This document shows, in pieces, positions 1 to 9,287 of a DNA stretch of 60,890 nucleotides. The notes under the pieces were generated by a model that was not told where the DNA came from, made no database searches, and saw only the letters and a program-made list of their open reading frames with translations. Source of the stretch: a virus (taxonomy: Duplodnaviria > Caudoviricetes). How positions within the stretch are numbered: the first letter of the stretch is position 1; every line of letters begins with the position of its first letter. The DNA lies in IMG/VR virus record IMGVR_UViG_3300031718_000011, positions 1 to 60,890 of that record, one strand, 5' to 3'. The position numbers and the translations under genes are program-made.

Positions 1-127
1 AGCCCCGCGAGTTTGGCCTTGCAGATGATCGCCTGAACTGCGGCAGAGGCCCCACCTTTTTCCCGCATGGCCTTGAGTCGTGCGTCGTCGGTTTCGACAA
101 TCAAGGAGGCCACCGAAGTCTCAGCCA
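1..127. repeat. Terminal direct repeat (circular assembly overlap), identical to 60764..60890
   Basis: The first 127 nt (agccccgcga...tctcagcca) equal the last 127 nt, and the terS reading frame runs straight through the junction. Confidence 0.97.
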
Positions 128-338
128 TAATCGCGCCGGCAAGCTGAATTTCCGCGACTCGCTTCTTGATGTCCTTGCGATTGCAGAATTTGCGCGCGTT
201 CGCTTTGAAGGATGAGCCATTGGGATCGAGGCCACCGATGATCGCCGCTTCATCGATGAGCGAATGGCCATCTTCCGCCTTGGCGGCAGCCAAATGCTGC
301 GCAGCGGCTTCGTGGAGAGAATTACGCAAGAGGCTCAT
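1..338 (-). CDS. terS: Terminase small subunit, 5' part (continues across the circular junction to 60637)
   Basis: Manual translation from the ATG at 338 gives MSLLRNSLHEAAAQHLAAAKAEDG...ANARKFCNRKDIKKRVAEIQ...TSVASLIVETDDARLKAM...KAKLAGLWIEK...TGKDGIPL. This is the typical TerS pattern (L.N..HE..AQ, K.AKL.G, TGKDG.P). It is the first gene of the minus-strand late region. Confidence 0.8.
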   Translation of the reverse strand, partial: MSLLRNSLHEAAAQHLAAAKAEDGHSLIDEAAIIGGLDPNGSSFKANARKFCNRKDIKKRVAEIQLAGAIMAETSVASLIVETDDARLKAMREKGGASAAVQAIICKAKLAG

Positions 339-481
339 AGCCTTGAGTCCAAACGATTCCAATTCGCCTTAGTTCCGCCTTTAAACCGAAACGACCGCCC
401 GAGTTTTCCCCGAACGGCCGTTTCAGCAAGCTGGGGGCTTATCACGAACAACGCCCATCATTGCCCTTCATCCCAAATCCG

Positions 482-679
482 TCAAGAGGCTTCCCGCTCC
501 CCCATGATCGCCCGATCCTTGGCGATGGAGGCTTTTGTCGCGGGAACATTGTAGTTTTGGCCGCTTGGCGTTGATTTGCGGCGGTTGTGGATAGTTTTCT
601 GGGCGCGTTGGCGCGAGGCGTCGTCGCGGTTGCGCTCCGCTTCGGTGTAGGGCTGGGCTGAGGCGTATTTTCCGCTCAT
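482..679 (-). CDS. Hypothetical protein
   Basis: 65-aa ORF coupled (ATGA overlap) to the upstream replication gene. Confidence 0.55.
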   Translation of the reverse strand: MSGKYASAQPYTEAERNRDDASRQRAQKTIHNRRKSTPSGQNYNVPATKASIAKDRAIMGEREAS

Positions 680-1443
680 TTGCCGCTGTTTATCACAAGA
701 TTCGGTGGAAAGGGAAGGGGCGGCCCTTGCTTTCGTTCGGCCTTACGGTTCCCGACGCGCTGATCGATGACGGCTACCAGTCTGGCGCCTTGGAGGTTTT
801 CCTTACCGGCCGCATCCATAATCGTTTGCAGGTCCGATTCGTTCCCTTCTACCGCGCTAAGCCACTTTGCGATCTGCGAGCGCGCCGCGAGGCTGCGGAT
901 GCCGACGCGCTCGATAAGGAAGGCGACGCTGAGTTCGTAGAACGCCTCGTTGCCTCGTTTGGCTATAGCGTTGGTAGCACTATTAAGAGTCTTAGATTCT
1001 AAATTATTTTGATTCTGATTCTTCGGACTATGTTCGAACTTGGCGTCAACTCGATTTGAGGTCGCCTCATGGTTTTTCAATGCCTTAGCATCATCGAACT
1101 GGGAGATTGCTGGGAAGCCGCGTGCGACGGCGGATTGTCGGCCGGCCTTCACAGCCTTGGCCCGGCGTTCGTTCGTGATCCGCAACATGACTGTGATTTC
1201 TTCGATGGACACGTACCCATTCGCGACCACGAGCCTATCCCGTAGTGCGCGGGCGATCCGCGCCCACTTACGCCCGGCGCCACTGGCGCGCGCCAAAATC
1301 CATTCCTCGTCGGGTAGGAAGCCGCCGCAACGCCACAGCGCGCGTTTGAGTTTAACAAACGCTCCTACCTCTTCGAGCGTCAGCCCTAATTCGGTAGAGT
1401 CTGCGTCGTTTACGTGCTCGGGGCGGTAGGGAAGGTGGCTCAT
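676..1443 (-). CDS. YdaU/DUF1376-like phage replication initiator
   Basis: The N-terminus (LTLEEVGAFVKL..ALW..GG.LPDEE..LAR) matches the DUF1376 pattern, and the gene lies in the replication operon. Confidence 0.7.
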   Translation of the reverse strand: MSHLPYRPEHVNDADSTELGLTLEEVGAFVKLKRALWRCGGFLPDEEWILARASGAGRKWARIARALRDRLVVANGYVSIEEITVMLRITNERRAKAVKAGRQSAVARGFPAISQFDDAKALKNHEATSNRVDAKFEHSPKNQNQNNLESKTLNSATNAIAKRGNEAFYELSVAFLIERVGIRSLAARSQIAKWLSAVEGNESDLQTIMDAAGKENLQGARLVAVIDQRVGNRKAERKQGPPLPFPPNLVINSGK

Positions 1444-1946
1444 CGTTGAATTCCGTCAGGTGCCGCAGGAACAATAAAGTGAGTAAGGTGCCGGCGTGCG
1501 AAGTTTTGCAGCATTTCACTCAAGGTCGGAGTTGGGAGATCGATCCATTCTCCGGTCAAACGCTCTGCCGGATTAATTTCCTCTAATAGCCACCGTTCGG
1601 CCGCAAAAGCCGCTTCGGCTTTAGTGAACCAGATAACGCAGCAAATCCGTAACGGGAAAGGATGGCCGGTCTGCAACTGCGCTAAACGGTTTTCCACATT
1701 TGCAGCCACCCCAACCTTTGTCGGCCCCTCATCTGCGGCACTCATCAGATAAACCGCAGTTTTTCCCCTCCTAATTCTTCCGTTGCCACCCGGCACGACC
1801 GGCGTTCCAAAGACTCGCGCCCAGTCAGCTTCTACCACGTCCCAATTAATATCAGGTCGCGTCTCTCTCATAAGACGAGAATGTTCCACGCATTCTCTGA
1901 TCGCGCGTGCACGGCTACGTTTTGAGCGCTTATGTCTTTTGTTCAC
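1440..1946 (-). CDS. GIY-YIG nuclease (T5orf172/MUG113-like)
   Basis: VYLM...TKVGVA.NVENRLAQLQTGHP..L...GEWI motif. Confidence 0.8.
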   Translation of the reverse strand: MNKRHKRSKRSRARAIRECVEHSRLMRETRPDINWDVVEADWARVFGTPVVPGGNGRIRRGKTAVYLMSAADEGPTKVGVAANVENRLAQLQTGHPFPLRICCVIWFTKAEAAFAAERWLLEEINPAERLTGEWIDLPTPTLSEMLQNFARRHLTHFIVPAAPDGIQR

Positions 1947-2245
1947 TTAAGCCCTCTCGGTCCCGGCGCAATTGCCGTCAAAGGCATCGGCCGCGACGTA
2001 TCCAGCGTCATATTGAGGCAGGCGCTTGCACCAGACGACATCGGCGAGTGGCGCAGCGGCTTGTCGAAATAGGCGCCGACAAGAGGCGTGTGATCGACCT
2101 TGGGGCCGATGGTGAAGTGTTCTTCGCCTTTGTCTCTTGCCAATAACATTGCGTGAGCGAATTTTAGATTCATGTGGATACATTCTTGGCGATTGTAGAA
2201 ACCGATTGTCGAGTCTGTTGTTTGGTCCGGTGGTGGGATGCTCAT
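1943..2245 (-). CDS. Hypothetical protein
   Basis: 100-aa ORF with an ATGA overlap to the next gene. Confidence 0.55.
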   Translation of the reverse strand: MSIPPPDQTTDSTIGFYNRQECIHMNLKFAHAMLLARDKGEEHFTIGPKVDHTPLVGAYFDKPLRHSPMSSGASACLNMTLDTSRPMPLTAIAPGPRGLK

Positions 2246-2266
2246 GTTTCAGCCCCGTTGAGGAAA

Positions 2267-2726
2267 GTTTGTTTGTTAGCTTGGCTACCTTGGCGCTCAC
2301 GTTACCGAGAGGGTTTTACGGCCATAGAGGCTTCAGGCCAGAGCATGCCATTGTCGAAGATGAGTTTTCTTGCGCGTCTCCCGGTGCATCATCGCAAACT
2401 TGTTCAAACCGAATCGATCAACCACCAATTCGATATTTGCTAGTACATCGGCGAGTTCGTCTTGCAACCACTGGCGATTGATCTTGCCCGTAATCGGCTC
2501 AGCTTCATCAATACCTTGGATGATGCAGCGCGCCACCGCCGCGCCAGCTTCGTTCAATTCTTCGGCGAGTTTGCCAAGATGTTTTAGATCGACAGCATCG
2601 GACATCGGATGCCAAGGATTTGCGTCGCGCAGTTCATCAGCATCCGCCATGTTTCTCTACCCTCTATGGCCGTAAAAATCTCTCAGAACAATCGCACGCC
2701 AACGTAGCCAGTCCAACCAAACAAAC
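2267..2726. repeat. Inverted repeat pair, family 2 (2267..2330 and 2661..2726), flanking one gene
   Basis: Both arms read GTTTGTTTG..TGGCTAC(C/G)TTGGC-N19/20-TTTTACGGCCATAGAGG and point inward. The same motif recurs at 11436 and 11695. Confidence 0.9.
2333..2650 (-). CDS. MazG-like nucleotide pyrophosphohydrolase
   Basis: KLAEELNE...LQDELADV..I acidic motifs of the all-alpha NTP-PPase fold. Confidence 0.7.
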   Translation of the reverse strand: MADADELRDANPWHPMSDAVDLKHLGKLAEELNEAGAAVARCIIQGIDEAEPITGKINRQWLQDELADVLANIELVVDRFGLNKFAMMHRETRKKTHLRQWHALA

Positions 2727-2728
2727 AA

Positions 2729-3997
2729 CTAAGACGCTCGCCCAGCAATTTCCGAAGTCAGATCGACAAACCCCGCCACATGCTCAAACGTCGCCCATTT
2801 CCCCGGAAGGATTATTTCAGGAAGTGAAGAAGGTGAACCCGCATCCGCCACAGGGTTACGAGGGGCTGAGAGTGCGTGGTCGGACGCGGGTTCCGACACT
2901 GACGCTGTTGTAGAGGGGCGGGCGTCAGTGCCATTCAATTGGTGATTCGTTCCTGAGTCGTCGGTGATTCGTTCACCTTTGCGAATCACAGGATGAACCG
3001 TGAATCGTTCGGCATCGTCGGTCTTTGTCAATCGCTCACGTTGACCAGGCGGTATCCAGAACGGCGGTCGCGGCTCTTGGCCCTTGATCCAGACCAGCCA
3101 AATGTAGGCCGTGGCCGTCGTGCCATCCGGCTTCCACTCGCCTTTGCACAAGGGCACGCGCTCGGCAAAGAACGCGATGCAGGTTGGCGGATGGTCCTTG
3201 AAAATCGTTTCGTAGCGGCCGACTGATTCGAGCCATTGAAGGCGGACGAACATGGCGACGCCGATCCGCGCCAACTCTATAGCTCGTAATGTGAACTTCT
3301 CAGTCTCGTCGCCGAACGGCGGGTTGGTGATAATCCAGTCCGCGCCGGGGCCTTCCCATTTCAGGAAATCTGCGACGGCTTTTGGGTAACCGGCATAATC
3401 GAAAATATCGGTGGCCAGCACGTCATCGCTGTATTCCCGCAGGACTTCCGACATATGGCCATAGCCGCAGGCGGGTTCCCAAATCGAGTGAAATGGACCG
3501 CCAAGAACGACCTGCATCAAGGCGCGCGTGGCCCATGGCGGTGTTGGAAAGAAATCGAGCGAATCATCTGGCTCTTGGCGCGAGTTCATAATCGACCGCG
3601 CACCCTTAATGAGAACCTTGCGGTCTAAATCTGGGCTAATACTACCCTTTTCGATCCCCGCTTCGAATTGTTCTTCGCTTAATTCCAGCGTCGATAATTC
3701 GTAAAGAGCGCCCCAGTTTGCCGGCAAATGCGAAATGAATTTCGGATTTGAGATTTGAGGGTCTGCCGCAATCGCCATGAGCATTTGCGCTGTCCGGTCG
3801 CCGAATGGCAATTCCGTTTCCACCATCTTGCCAAACTCGCCATGTGGCAATGCTTCCTTTGCGGCCTCAAGCAATCGCCCTACCTCAAGGATGGCTTCGA
3901 CGCTCGCCCGCCAGCACGCAGTGATTCGCGCCGCCCATGCCTGCGCCGACGCGCCTACGGACGGTTGCAGTGCGAGCATTTTGGGGCGTGCCGTCAT
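2729..3997 (-). CDS. DUF3102-like N-terminal domain fused to an amino (N6A/N4C) DNA methyltransferase
   Basis: N-terminal G..L..AK..LPHGEF..M...LPF..RTAQ.LM. C-terminal DFFPTPPW, WEPACG.G and ITNPPF motifs. Confidence 0.85.
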   Translation of the reverse strand: MTARPKMLALQPSVGASAQAWAARITACWRASVEAILEVGRLLEAAKEALPHGEFGKMVETELPFGDRTAQMLMAIAADPQISNPKFISHLPANWGALYELSTLELSEEQFEAGIEKGSISPDLDRKVLIKGARSIMNSRQEPDDSLDFFPTPPWATRALMQVVLGGPFHSIWEPACGYGHMSEVLREYSDDVLATDIFDYAGYPKAVADFLKWEGPGADWIITNPPFGDETEKFTLRAIELARIGVAMFVRLQWLESVGRYETIFKDHPPTCIAFFAERVPLCKGEWKPDGTTATAYIWLVWIKGQEPRPPFWIPPGQRERLTKTDDAERFTVHPVIRKGERITDDSGTNHQLNGTDARPSTTASVSEPASDHALSAPRNPVADAGSPSSLPEIILPGKWATFEHVAGFVDLTSEIAGRAS

Positions 3998-4306
3998 ATC
4001 AGCCCCTTATCCTTCGCCAGCCATTGCGGCAGCGTGAGCAGGATCAGTCCCGGTTCAATCTTGACATATTCGACCAGTGACCGCGGCACCCAAACCCACG
4101 GCGCTTTACCGGGCTTGGCAGGATCGCAGACGGCAATCGCTTTCTTGTCGGGATCGTCCATCATCAACCAAACCGTCAGATCGATAAGGTCCGAGGCGCC
4201 GTTGACGCCCAGCGCTCGCCTGCGATTATCTGCTGATTCGTTATCGCCGAATCGTCCGCGTTCACGCGGAGCAAACATATCGTCGGTGCCAATCTCGCGC
4301 GGCATT

Positions 4307-4780
4307 TCATTGACCTTTTGGACTAGGCATCGCCAACGGCGGCAACTCGCGGCGCCCACCTGAGAACGGCTTCATATCCTCAAGCGTCAGGTGCATGCGC
4401 TCGTCGAAATGTTTGTTGGCATCGCGTTTGATCAAAACCAAAGTCTCTACATCAAGATCAAAAATATCTTTTCCGCTGCGCTCGAAATATCCGACCTCGT
4501 GCGCGATGCCGACGCTTTTTTCCCACCCGTCCATGTGTGCAACAATGAGCGAGTCGCAGGCATCCATCAATCGCTCTTGGACCGGCTTCCACGCGGGATA
4601 GTCCAGAGGATCGAGATTGCCGTATTTGACGTAAGGAAAAGCATGCGCGATGGGCGAGAATGTCGGGATTCCGATAGCAAACAAACGGCCCGCGAGGATT
4701 GCTACGTCGATGAAGGCTTGCTCCATGCCGGCGGCGTAGGCTGTATATGGAGAGGCCAAGTACCTTAATGTTTCCGCCAC
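4307..4780 (-). CDS. DUF1937-family (nucleoside 2-deoxyribosyltransferase-like) protein
   Basis: YLASPYT...FSPIAH...CD.L.V..MDGW..S.G..HE motif. Confidence 0.8.
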   Translation of the reverse strand: MAETLRYLASPYTAYAAGMEQAFIDVAILAGRLFAIGIPTFSPIAHAFPYVKYGNLDPLDYPAWKPVQERLMDACDSLIVAHMDGWEKSVGIAHEVGYFERSGKDIFDLDVETLVLIKRDANKHFDERMHLTLEDMKPFSGGRRELPPLAMPSPKGQ

Positions 4781-4994
4781 TTTCTCATCCCCCTATGAAA
4801 AATCCAGATTATCGAACACCGTTTCCAGATCGTAGTTGGCCTGGATATAAGGCCGTCGCGCCGTGAGACTCTCATCGACGAATCGCCTGCGGTGGGCGTC
4901 GCGGAGTTGTCTGCGCTCTTGTGGGGAGAGTGAATTGAAAGTTTGCATTGTCTCCATCACGAAGGCGGTGATTTGTTGGTCGGTTTTTATTAGG

Positions 4995-5046
4995 TGTTGG
5001 GTCTTTCTTGATCACGGGTTGCGGAGACGGCACGGAAATTCATACG
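4995..5046 (+). repeat. 52-bp dispersed repeat, family 1, copy A
   Basis: TGTTGGGTCTTTCTTGATCACGGG-N12-CACGGAAATTCATACG. Other copies are at 8016, 9219, 24706 (inverted) and 27122. Confidence 0.92.
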
Positions 5047-5053
5047 ACCGTTT

Positions 5054-5278
5054 TTATCCGCGCCCCTCTCTCTTTCTCACGTCGGGAGTCGGCGCCATGC
5101 GAGCGACCTCATCGACGCGTAGCGGGCGCCGATAGTGAACGGCAGAGGCAAGCGTACCAAGCTGTTCCGACATTTCCTCAACCACCCATTCCTCATCCGT
5201 TCCGACGCCGCGCATGATCTTGTCGCGAAGCGCCTCAGCCTTCCTCCACTTTGTCGGGCTCCAACGGAGCACCGGCAC
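5054..5278 (-). CDS. Hypothetical protein
   Basis: 74-aa ORF in the leftward operon, ending just before repeat copy A. Confidence 0.5.
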   Translation of the reverse strand: MPVLRWSPTKWRKAEALRDKIMRGVGTDEEWVVEEMSEQLGTLASAVHYRRPLRVDEVARMAPTPDVRKREGRG

Positions 5279-5530
5279 CGGCTTTCCCCGCTCATCGTGG
5301 TAGCAAAGACTAAGCTGCCACAGAGGGCGACCGCCAGCGTAGCGGCTTCATTCCATTCCGATATTGCACGTCAACCCAGCGCTGATGTAGCGCTCAGGGT
5401 ACCAAAAGAATTTGCCCGTGATCTGGCGCTCAGGATCAAATACCGGAGCGGCCAAAGCTACATCAACTTGCGGCGTCATTTTTCCTCCCACCAACGGTTG
5501 AACGTGACCGATTTGCCGAATCCTAGGCCC

Positions 5531-6256
5531 CTAATGACCCAACACCCTAACTTCCTTCTCTTGCGCCATCCGAACCGCCTCAATCGCCAGCGTTTGCTCG
5601 GCCAGCGCCGCCAAATACTGTTGATGCCGCGCAAAGGCGTCCGGATAGTCCTTCTTACCCTCTAGCCGTTCCAGCGCTTTTCCGAGCATATCCACTTGCC
5701 GCTGCGTTTTTGCGCGAGTTTTCAGCAAGATAGCGAGCGGAGAGGGTTCGATTGGCGATGTTTCACGTGAAACATTGCGGACGCGGCTGGATATGGGAGT
5801 TTTTACCTCTATTTTTTTTGAAATGGACGGGGTGTCAGTCACAGCTAAATAAGAAAAAATGTGAATATTCATATACTTACAGGCACGAACGATAATGCCG
5901 ATTGCCAGCGCGTCGCCGCGCTCAATGCGACTTATTGTCACAGGGGAAAGGCCAGCGGCGGCGCCAGCTTGAGCCTCATTATGCCCATTTAGGCCCCGCT
6001 TGAGGCAAAGCGCCATGGAAAAGAAGCCGAAATCAAAGTCCGAGGGCTTTTCCGGCATAATATGGGGGATTTCTGGCATCGGATCATGCCGAACCGCCAC
6101 GCAAATCCGCAGGAACGGTATGGTCGCACAGGGGCGTCCCGACTGCGCATTGAGGAAGTCGCGCGGCGTCACCCCGGCTTTGTGGGCAAGCCTGGCATAA
6201 TCCCCGATGGCGTCGAGGGCTTGGGCTAGGCGTTGGCGGGGGCTTAGGGGTTTCAA
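5531..6256 (-). CDS. XRE-type HTH protein (apparently two HTH repeats)
   Basis: LAHKAGVT..DF.NA.SG and AGAAAGLSPVTISRIERG HTH motifs. Confidence 0.65.
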   Translation of the reverse strand: MKPLSPRQRLAQALDAIGDYARLAHKAGVTPRDFLNAQSGRPCATIPFLRICVAVRHDPMPEIPHIMPEKPSDFDFGFFSMALCLKRGLNGHNEAQAGAAAGLSPVTISRIERGDALAIGIIVRACKYMNIHIFSYLAVTDTPSISKKIEVKTPISSRVRNVSRETSPIEPSPLAILLKTRAKTQRQVDMLGKALERLEGKKDYPDAFARHQQYLAALAEQTLAIEAVRMAQEKEVRVLGH

Positions 6257-6559
6257 GGGGTTGTCTCATTCTTGGCCGAGCGGGTGAAGGCTCATCGGGG
6301 TCACACGAACTCCTAGGAAGGGTGGGGCTGGCATTGGCGCCAGCCCCGTTGTGCGAGGCGCGAACTGTGTTCCGCGAGGGACGGCCCTATAACCGTCCGC
6401 TGGGGGCCTTGCGAGCCGTACCAGACGCCTCTGGGGTATCTCCAAATACTTCGTCCCATTTTATCGGCCTTGCCCGGTCTATTCGTTCCACGCGGCACCG
6501 CAGGCCATCCTTTGCCGCCTCCCGCGTCGCCTCATCACCCCATAAGGGGAGGCAATTAG

Positions 6560-6805
6560 TCATTCTGCGGCCTCTTGCCGGGCAGGGCGCCCTATCTCAG
6601 GCGGCCAGTCGGTATCGGCAGGCCAATTATCCGAAAACCATTGCATTGCCACGTCCAGCCGTTCCGTGGTGATTCGCTTGCCCTTTTCCAGCGCGTCAAG
6701 CTTTTTCCCGTCATTAAAGACGAAAAGGCTTACGCGCCAATGGCTTATATGTTTTGCGGCGCCGTAAAGACGCGCCAGTTCAAGGAGTTGGGCGATTGTA
6801 CCCAT
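6560..6805 (-). CDS. Cro-like transcriptional regulator of alphaproteobacterial phages
   Basis: VS..VFNDGKKL..LE.G..IT..R...AMQWFSDNWP....WP pattern. First gene of the leftward operon at the divergence point. Confidence 0.75.
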   Translation of the reverse strand: MGTIAQLLELARLYGAAKHISHWRVSLFVFNDGKKLDALEKGKRITTERLDVAMQWFSDNWPADTDWPPEIGRPARQEAAE

Positions 6806-6816
6806 GCGCGGAGTAT

Positions 6817-6913
6817 GGGGTATAGTTACCTTGGCGGTCAATGCGGCTTAGGTGCGACACTCTGACACAGGCGGCGACGGGGCGCATTTACCTTGACGGG
6901 GTCAAAATACCTT
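6817..6913. promoter_or_regulatory. Divergent promoters with three operator-like GGGG-N6-TACCTT(G) repeats
   Basis: Copies at 6817-6832, 6879-6894 and 6898-6913 overlap or adjoin a leftward TTGACC..CATACT and a rightward TTGACG sigma70-like promoter. Confidence 0.65.
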
Positions 6914-7312
6914 GATACTGATAATCATCGAAAGGGAACACGGCAATGGCAACGATCCTCAAACTCAACCGACACGGCGCGCGATGGCACGTCATGATCG
7001 ACGGCAAGGGGATAGTATTCAGCGGGCAGACCAAAGTTTCCTGCCGCCTGTACTGCCGCCGCCACAACCTCCAAATCCAGGAGACAATATCATGAGCAAG
7101 CGCACCAAGTACATCGTTCACTGTCCCGACAATCACATTGCGCGGTTTTCGGAACAGTGGCACGCCCGCATTTTTGCCATTGCGCTCTCTGAGCGGATGC
7201 CGGGGCACTTCATCGAAATGTCGGCGCCGGACGGACTGATCGGCCAGTATCGAGGCGGCGATACAACGCCTGAGTTCAAGCAACACCACATCAATGGACT
7301 TTTCCGCTGACG

Positions 7313-7928
7313 AACGTTGACCGAGTCCGGCGGCAAAGAACACTCCTACCTCTCGTGAGACAGCCATGCTTACCAAACCAACAAAACCCACCGACACCAC
7401 GGGCCTAAACTCCCTGGCCATCGCTTTCCACTCCGACCCGATGATCAGCCACGCGAGACTGTTGGGATCGGAATTGCGACGGGAAGAACTGGAACACAGA
7501 GGACTGAGCCATGAATGACGCGCGGCGCAAGGAAATCGAAAAGGCGACGGCCTTGATCGAGGAAGCCAAGGGTATTTTGGAACAGGCGCAGTCCGACGAG
7601 CAAGAGTATTTCGACAATATGCCCGAGAATATGCAAAGCGGCGACAAAGGCCAGCGGGCCGAAGCTGCCGCCGACGCACTGCAAAGCGCCGTCGATAGTC
7701 TCGACGAAGCCACTTCCAATATCGAAACGTCGCTGGAGTAACGTTGACCGAGTCCGGCGGCAAAAAAAACACTCCTACCTCTCGTGAGACAGCCATGCTT
7801 ACCAAACCAACAAAATCCACCGACACTACGGGCTTAAACTCCCTGGCCATCGCTTTCCATTCCGATCCGATGATAAGCCACGCGAGACTGTTGGGATCGG
7901 AATTGCGACGGGAAGAACTGGAACACAG
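7313..7928 (+). repeat. ~188-bp direct repeat (7313..7499 and 7740..7928) flanking ORF 7511..7741
   Basis: Near-identical copies, each with an ORF start MLTKPTK(P/S)TDTTGLNSLAIAFHSDPMISHARLLGSELRREELEHR. Confidence 0.95.
7511..7741 (+). CDS. Small acidic coiled-coil phage protein
   Basis: MNDARRKEI...DEQEYFDNMPENMQ..DKG is a recurrent phage hypothetical family. An RBS (AGAGGA) lies upstream. Confidence 0.8.
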   Translation: MNDARRKEIEKATALIEEAKGILEQAQSDEQEYFDNMPENMQSGDKGQRAEAAADALQSAVDSLDEATSNIETSLE

Positions 7929-8015
7929 GTATGAGGTTGTTTGTTTGCTGCTGGCATTTTCTGGGTGTGTCAATCTCGCAGTCATCATCTGGTTTTTGGT
8001 GCAGGCAGCGAAAGC

Positions 8016-8067
8016 GGTTGTATCATTCTAGATCACGGGCTGCGTCGGCGACACGGAAATTCACACG
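8016..8067 (+). repeat. 52-bp dispersed repeat, family 1, copy B
   Basis: GGTTGTATCATTCTAGATCACGGG-N12-CACGGAAATTCACACG, 17 nt upstream of the ATG at 8085. Confidence 0.92.
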
Positions 8068-8084
8068 GGCTTTGGGAGAGTGTC

Positions 8085-8678
8085 ATGGAAGAACTCACGC
8101 ACATGGTTCAATACCGCCGCACCACAGGCGATTTTGACTTAGGCTGGCACACAATGGCTGCGTTTGATTGTAAGCCGGCCGCAGATGAATACGCGAAGAC
8201 ATGCAGCGCATGGAAACCTGATCTCGAATTCCGCGTGAAGAGGAGATTGAAATTGGCAGAAAATGATCCTTTAGGTAATCTGAATATAGGCAAGGAAATA
8301 GTTGAGGCCGACAAGCGGTTGGCGATCAGCAGCCTAGAGCGCGAGACGCCTCTCGATATTACCATTCGGTCAATCGCCCTCAGCGTGGCTCAACGACACT
8401 GCGGCGATACGGTCGTGTCAGAGGGTAATCTTTATCAGCAACTCAAGTTGGATAATAAGCTGGGTGGCCCACTGACCGTCGAGCACGTTGTCCACTGCGC
8501 TTTGATTTTTGAAATGTACCTGTGGGGCAAGTGGTCTCAAGACATCGCCGGGAAGGCGATGGAGGCAACTTTGGGCGAGTTGGACAAAACAATCAAATCA
8601 GGAGCCTTCGACAAGCATATCGACGAACTAAAAGACGAACCGCCAATCCGACCGCACAGTGGGAATAGCGGTGAATAA
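8085..8678 (+). CDS. Hypothetical protein, N-terminus paralogous to 18549..18746
   Basis: GGGAG RBS. Shares VQYRR....WHTMAAFD with ORF 18549. Confidence 0.65.
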   Translation: MEELTHMVQYRRTTGDFDLGWHTMAAFDCKPAADEYAKTCSAWKPDLEFRVKRRLKLAENDPLGNLNIGKEIVEADKRLAISSLERETPLDITIRSIALSVAQRHCGDTVVSEGNLYQQLKLDNKLGGPLTVEHVVHCALIFEMYLWGKWSQDIAGKAMEATLGELDKTIKSGAFDKHIDELKDEPPIRPHSGNSGE

Positions 8679-8715
8679 CACCATCAGATGACCGCACCGT
8701 AACCACAGAGTATCC

Positions 8716-9216
8716 GTGACCCAAATCGTATCTGAAAACCAACAGGGGCTTCCCATGAGCGACGACACACTGCGCGGCGACTTCACGGTCATCACCGAGC
8801 CGATGAAGATGAACGATCCGATGCGCGCCTTGATCGAGACATTGCAGCGCGCCAACAGCGGGCGGCACAATCCGATTGCGACCGTGCATCGCGAGGCCGT
8901 TCAAGCGCTGGCGCGGCTCTATGTGCCCTACGTTTCCGTGTCACCGTCTGCGGATCAGTTCCGCAACGTCGCCGACTTCCTGGTGCATTGGGCGGGGATT
9001 TCGGATCGGGTGTTGAAGATCGTCGGCGATGTGGCGCGCTCCCATACCACTGAGACTTTGGATATGCGCGTGTTCGATGGCCGGTTCTTTGGTGGGATCG
9101 AGGGGGATGCGACGTTCGAGCTTGAGCGCTGCGCCCAAGCTGTCGAGGCCGAAGAAGAAGCGATGGGCGCTGCGTATGCCGACGACGAGTACGAGGATCG
9201 GCGCGCGACGGAATAG
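8716..9216 (+). CDS. Hypothetical protein
   Basis: Long ORF in the rightward early operon with an acidic C-terminus. Confidence 0.6.
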   Translation: MTQIVSENQQGLPMSDDTLRGDFTVITEPMKMNDPMRALIETLQRANSGRHNPIATVHREAVQALARLYVPYVSVSPSADQFRNVADFLVHWAGISDRVLKIVGDVARSHTTETLDMRVFDGRFFGGIEGDATFELERCAQAVEAEEEAMGAAYADDEYEDRRATE

Positions 9217-9218
9217 GA

Positions 9219-9270
9219 TGTTGGGTCATTCCGGATCACGGGCGCCTTGGGCGGCACGGAAATTCACACG
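9219..9270 (+). repeat. 52-bp dispersed repeat, family 1, copy C
   Basis: TGTTGGGTCATTCCGGATCACGGG-N12-CACGGAAATTCACACG, 17 nt upstream of the ATG at 9288. Confidence 0.92.
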
Positions 9271-9287
9271 GATGTTGGGAGTAAGTC

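Noticed and set aside
5408-6308. Degenerate family-1-like words at about 5408-5424 (GATCACGGGCAAATTC, minus strand) and about 6259-6308
   Set aside because: Only part of the motif is present and the fixed spacing is not kept, so chance cannot be excluded.
7313-7928. Repeat pair as a diversity-generating retroelement TR/VR
   Set aside because: No reverse transcriptase is visible, and the differences are mostly synonymous C/T changes rather than random substitution at adenines.
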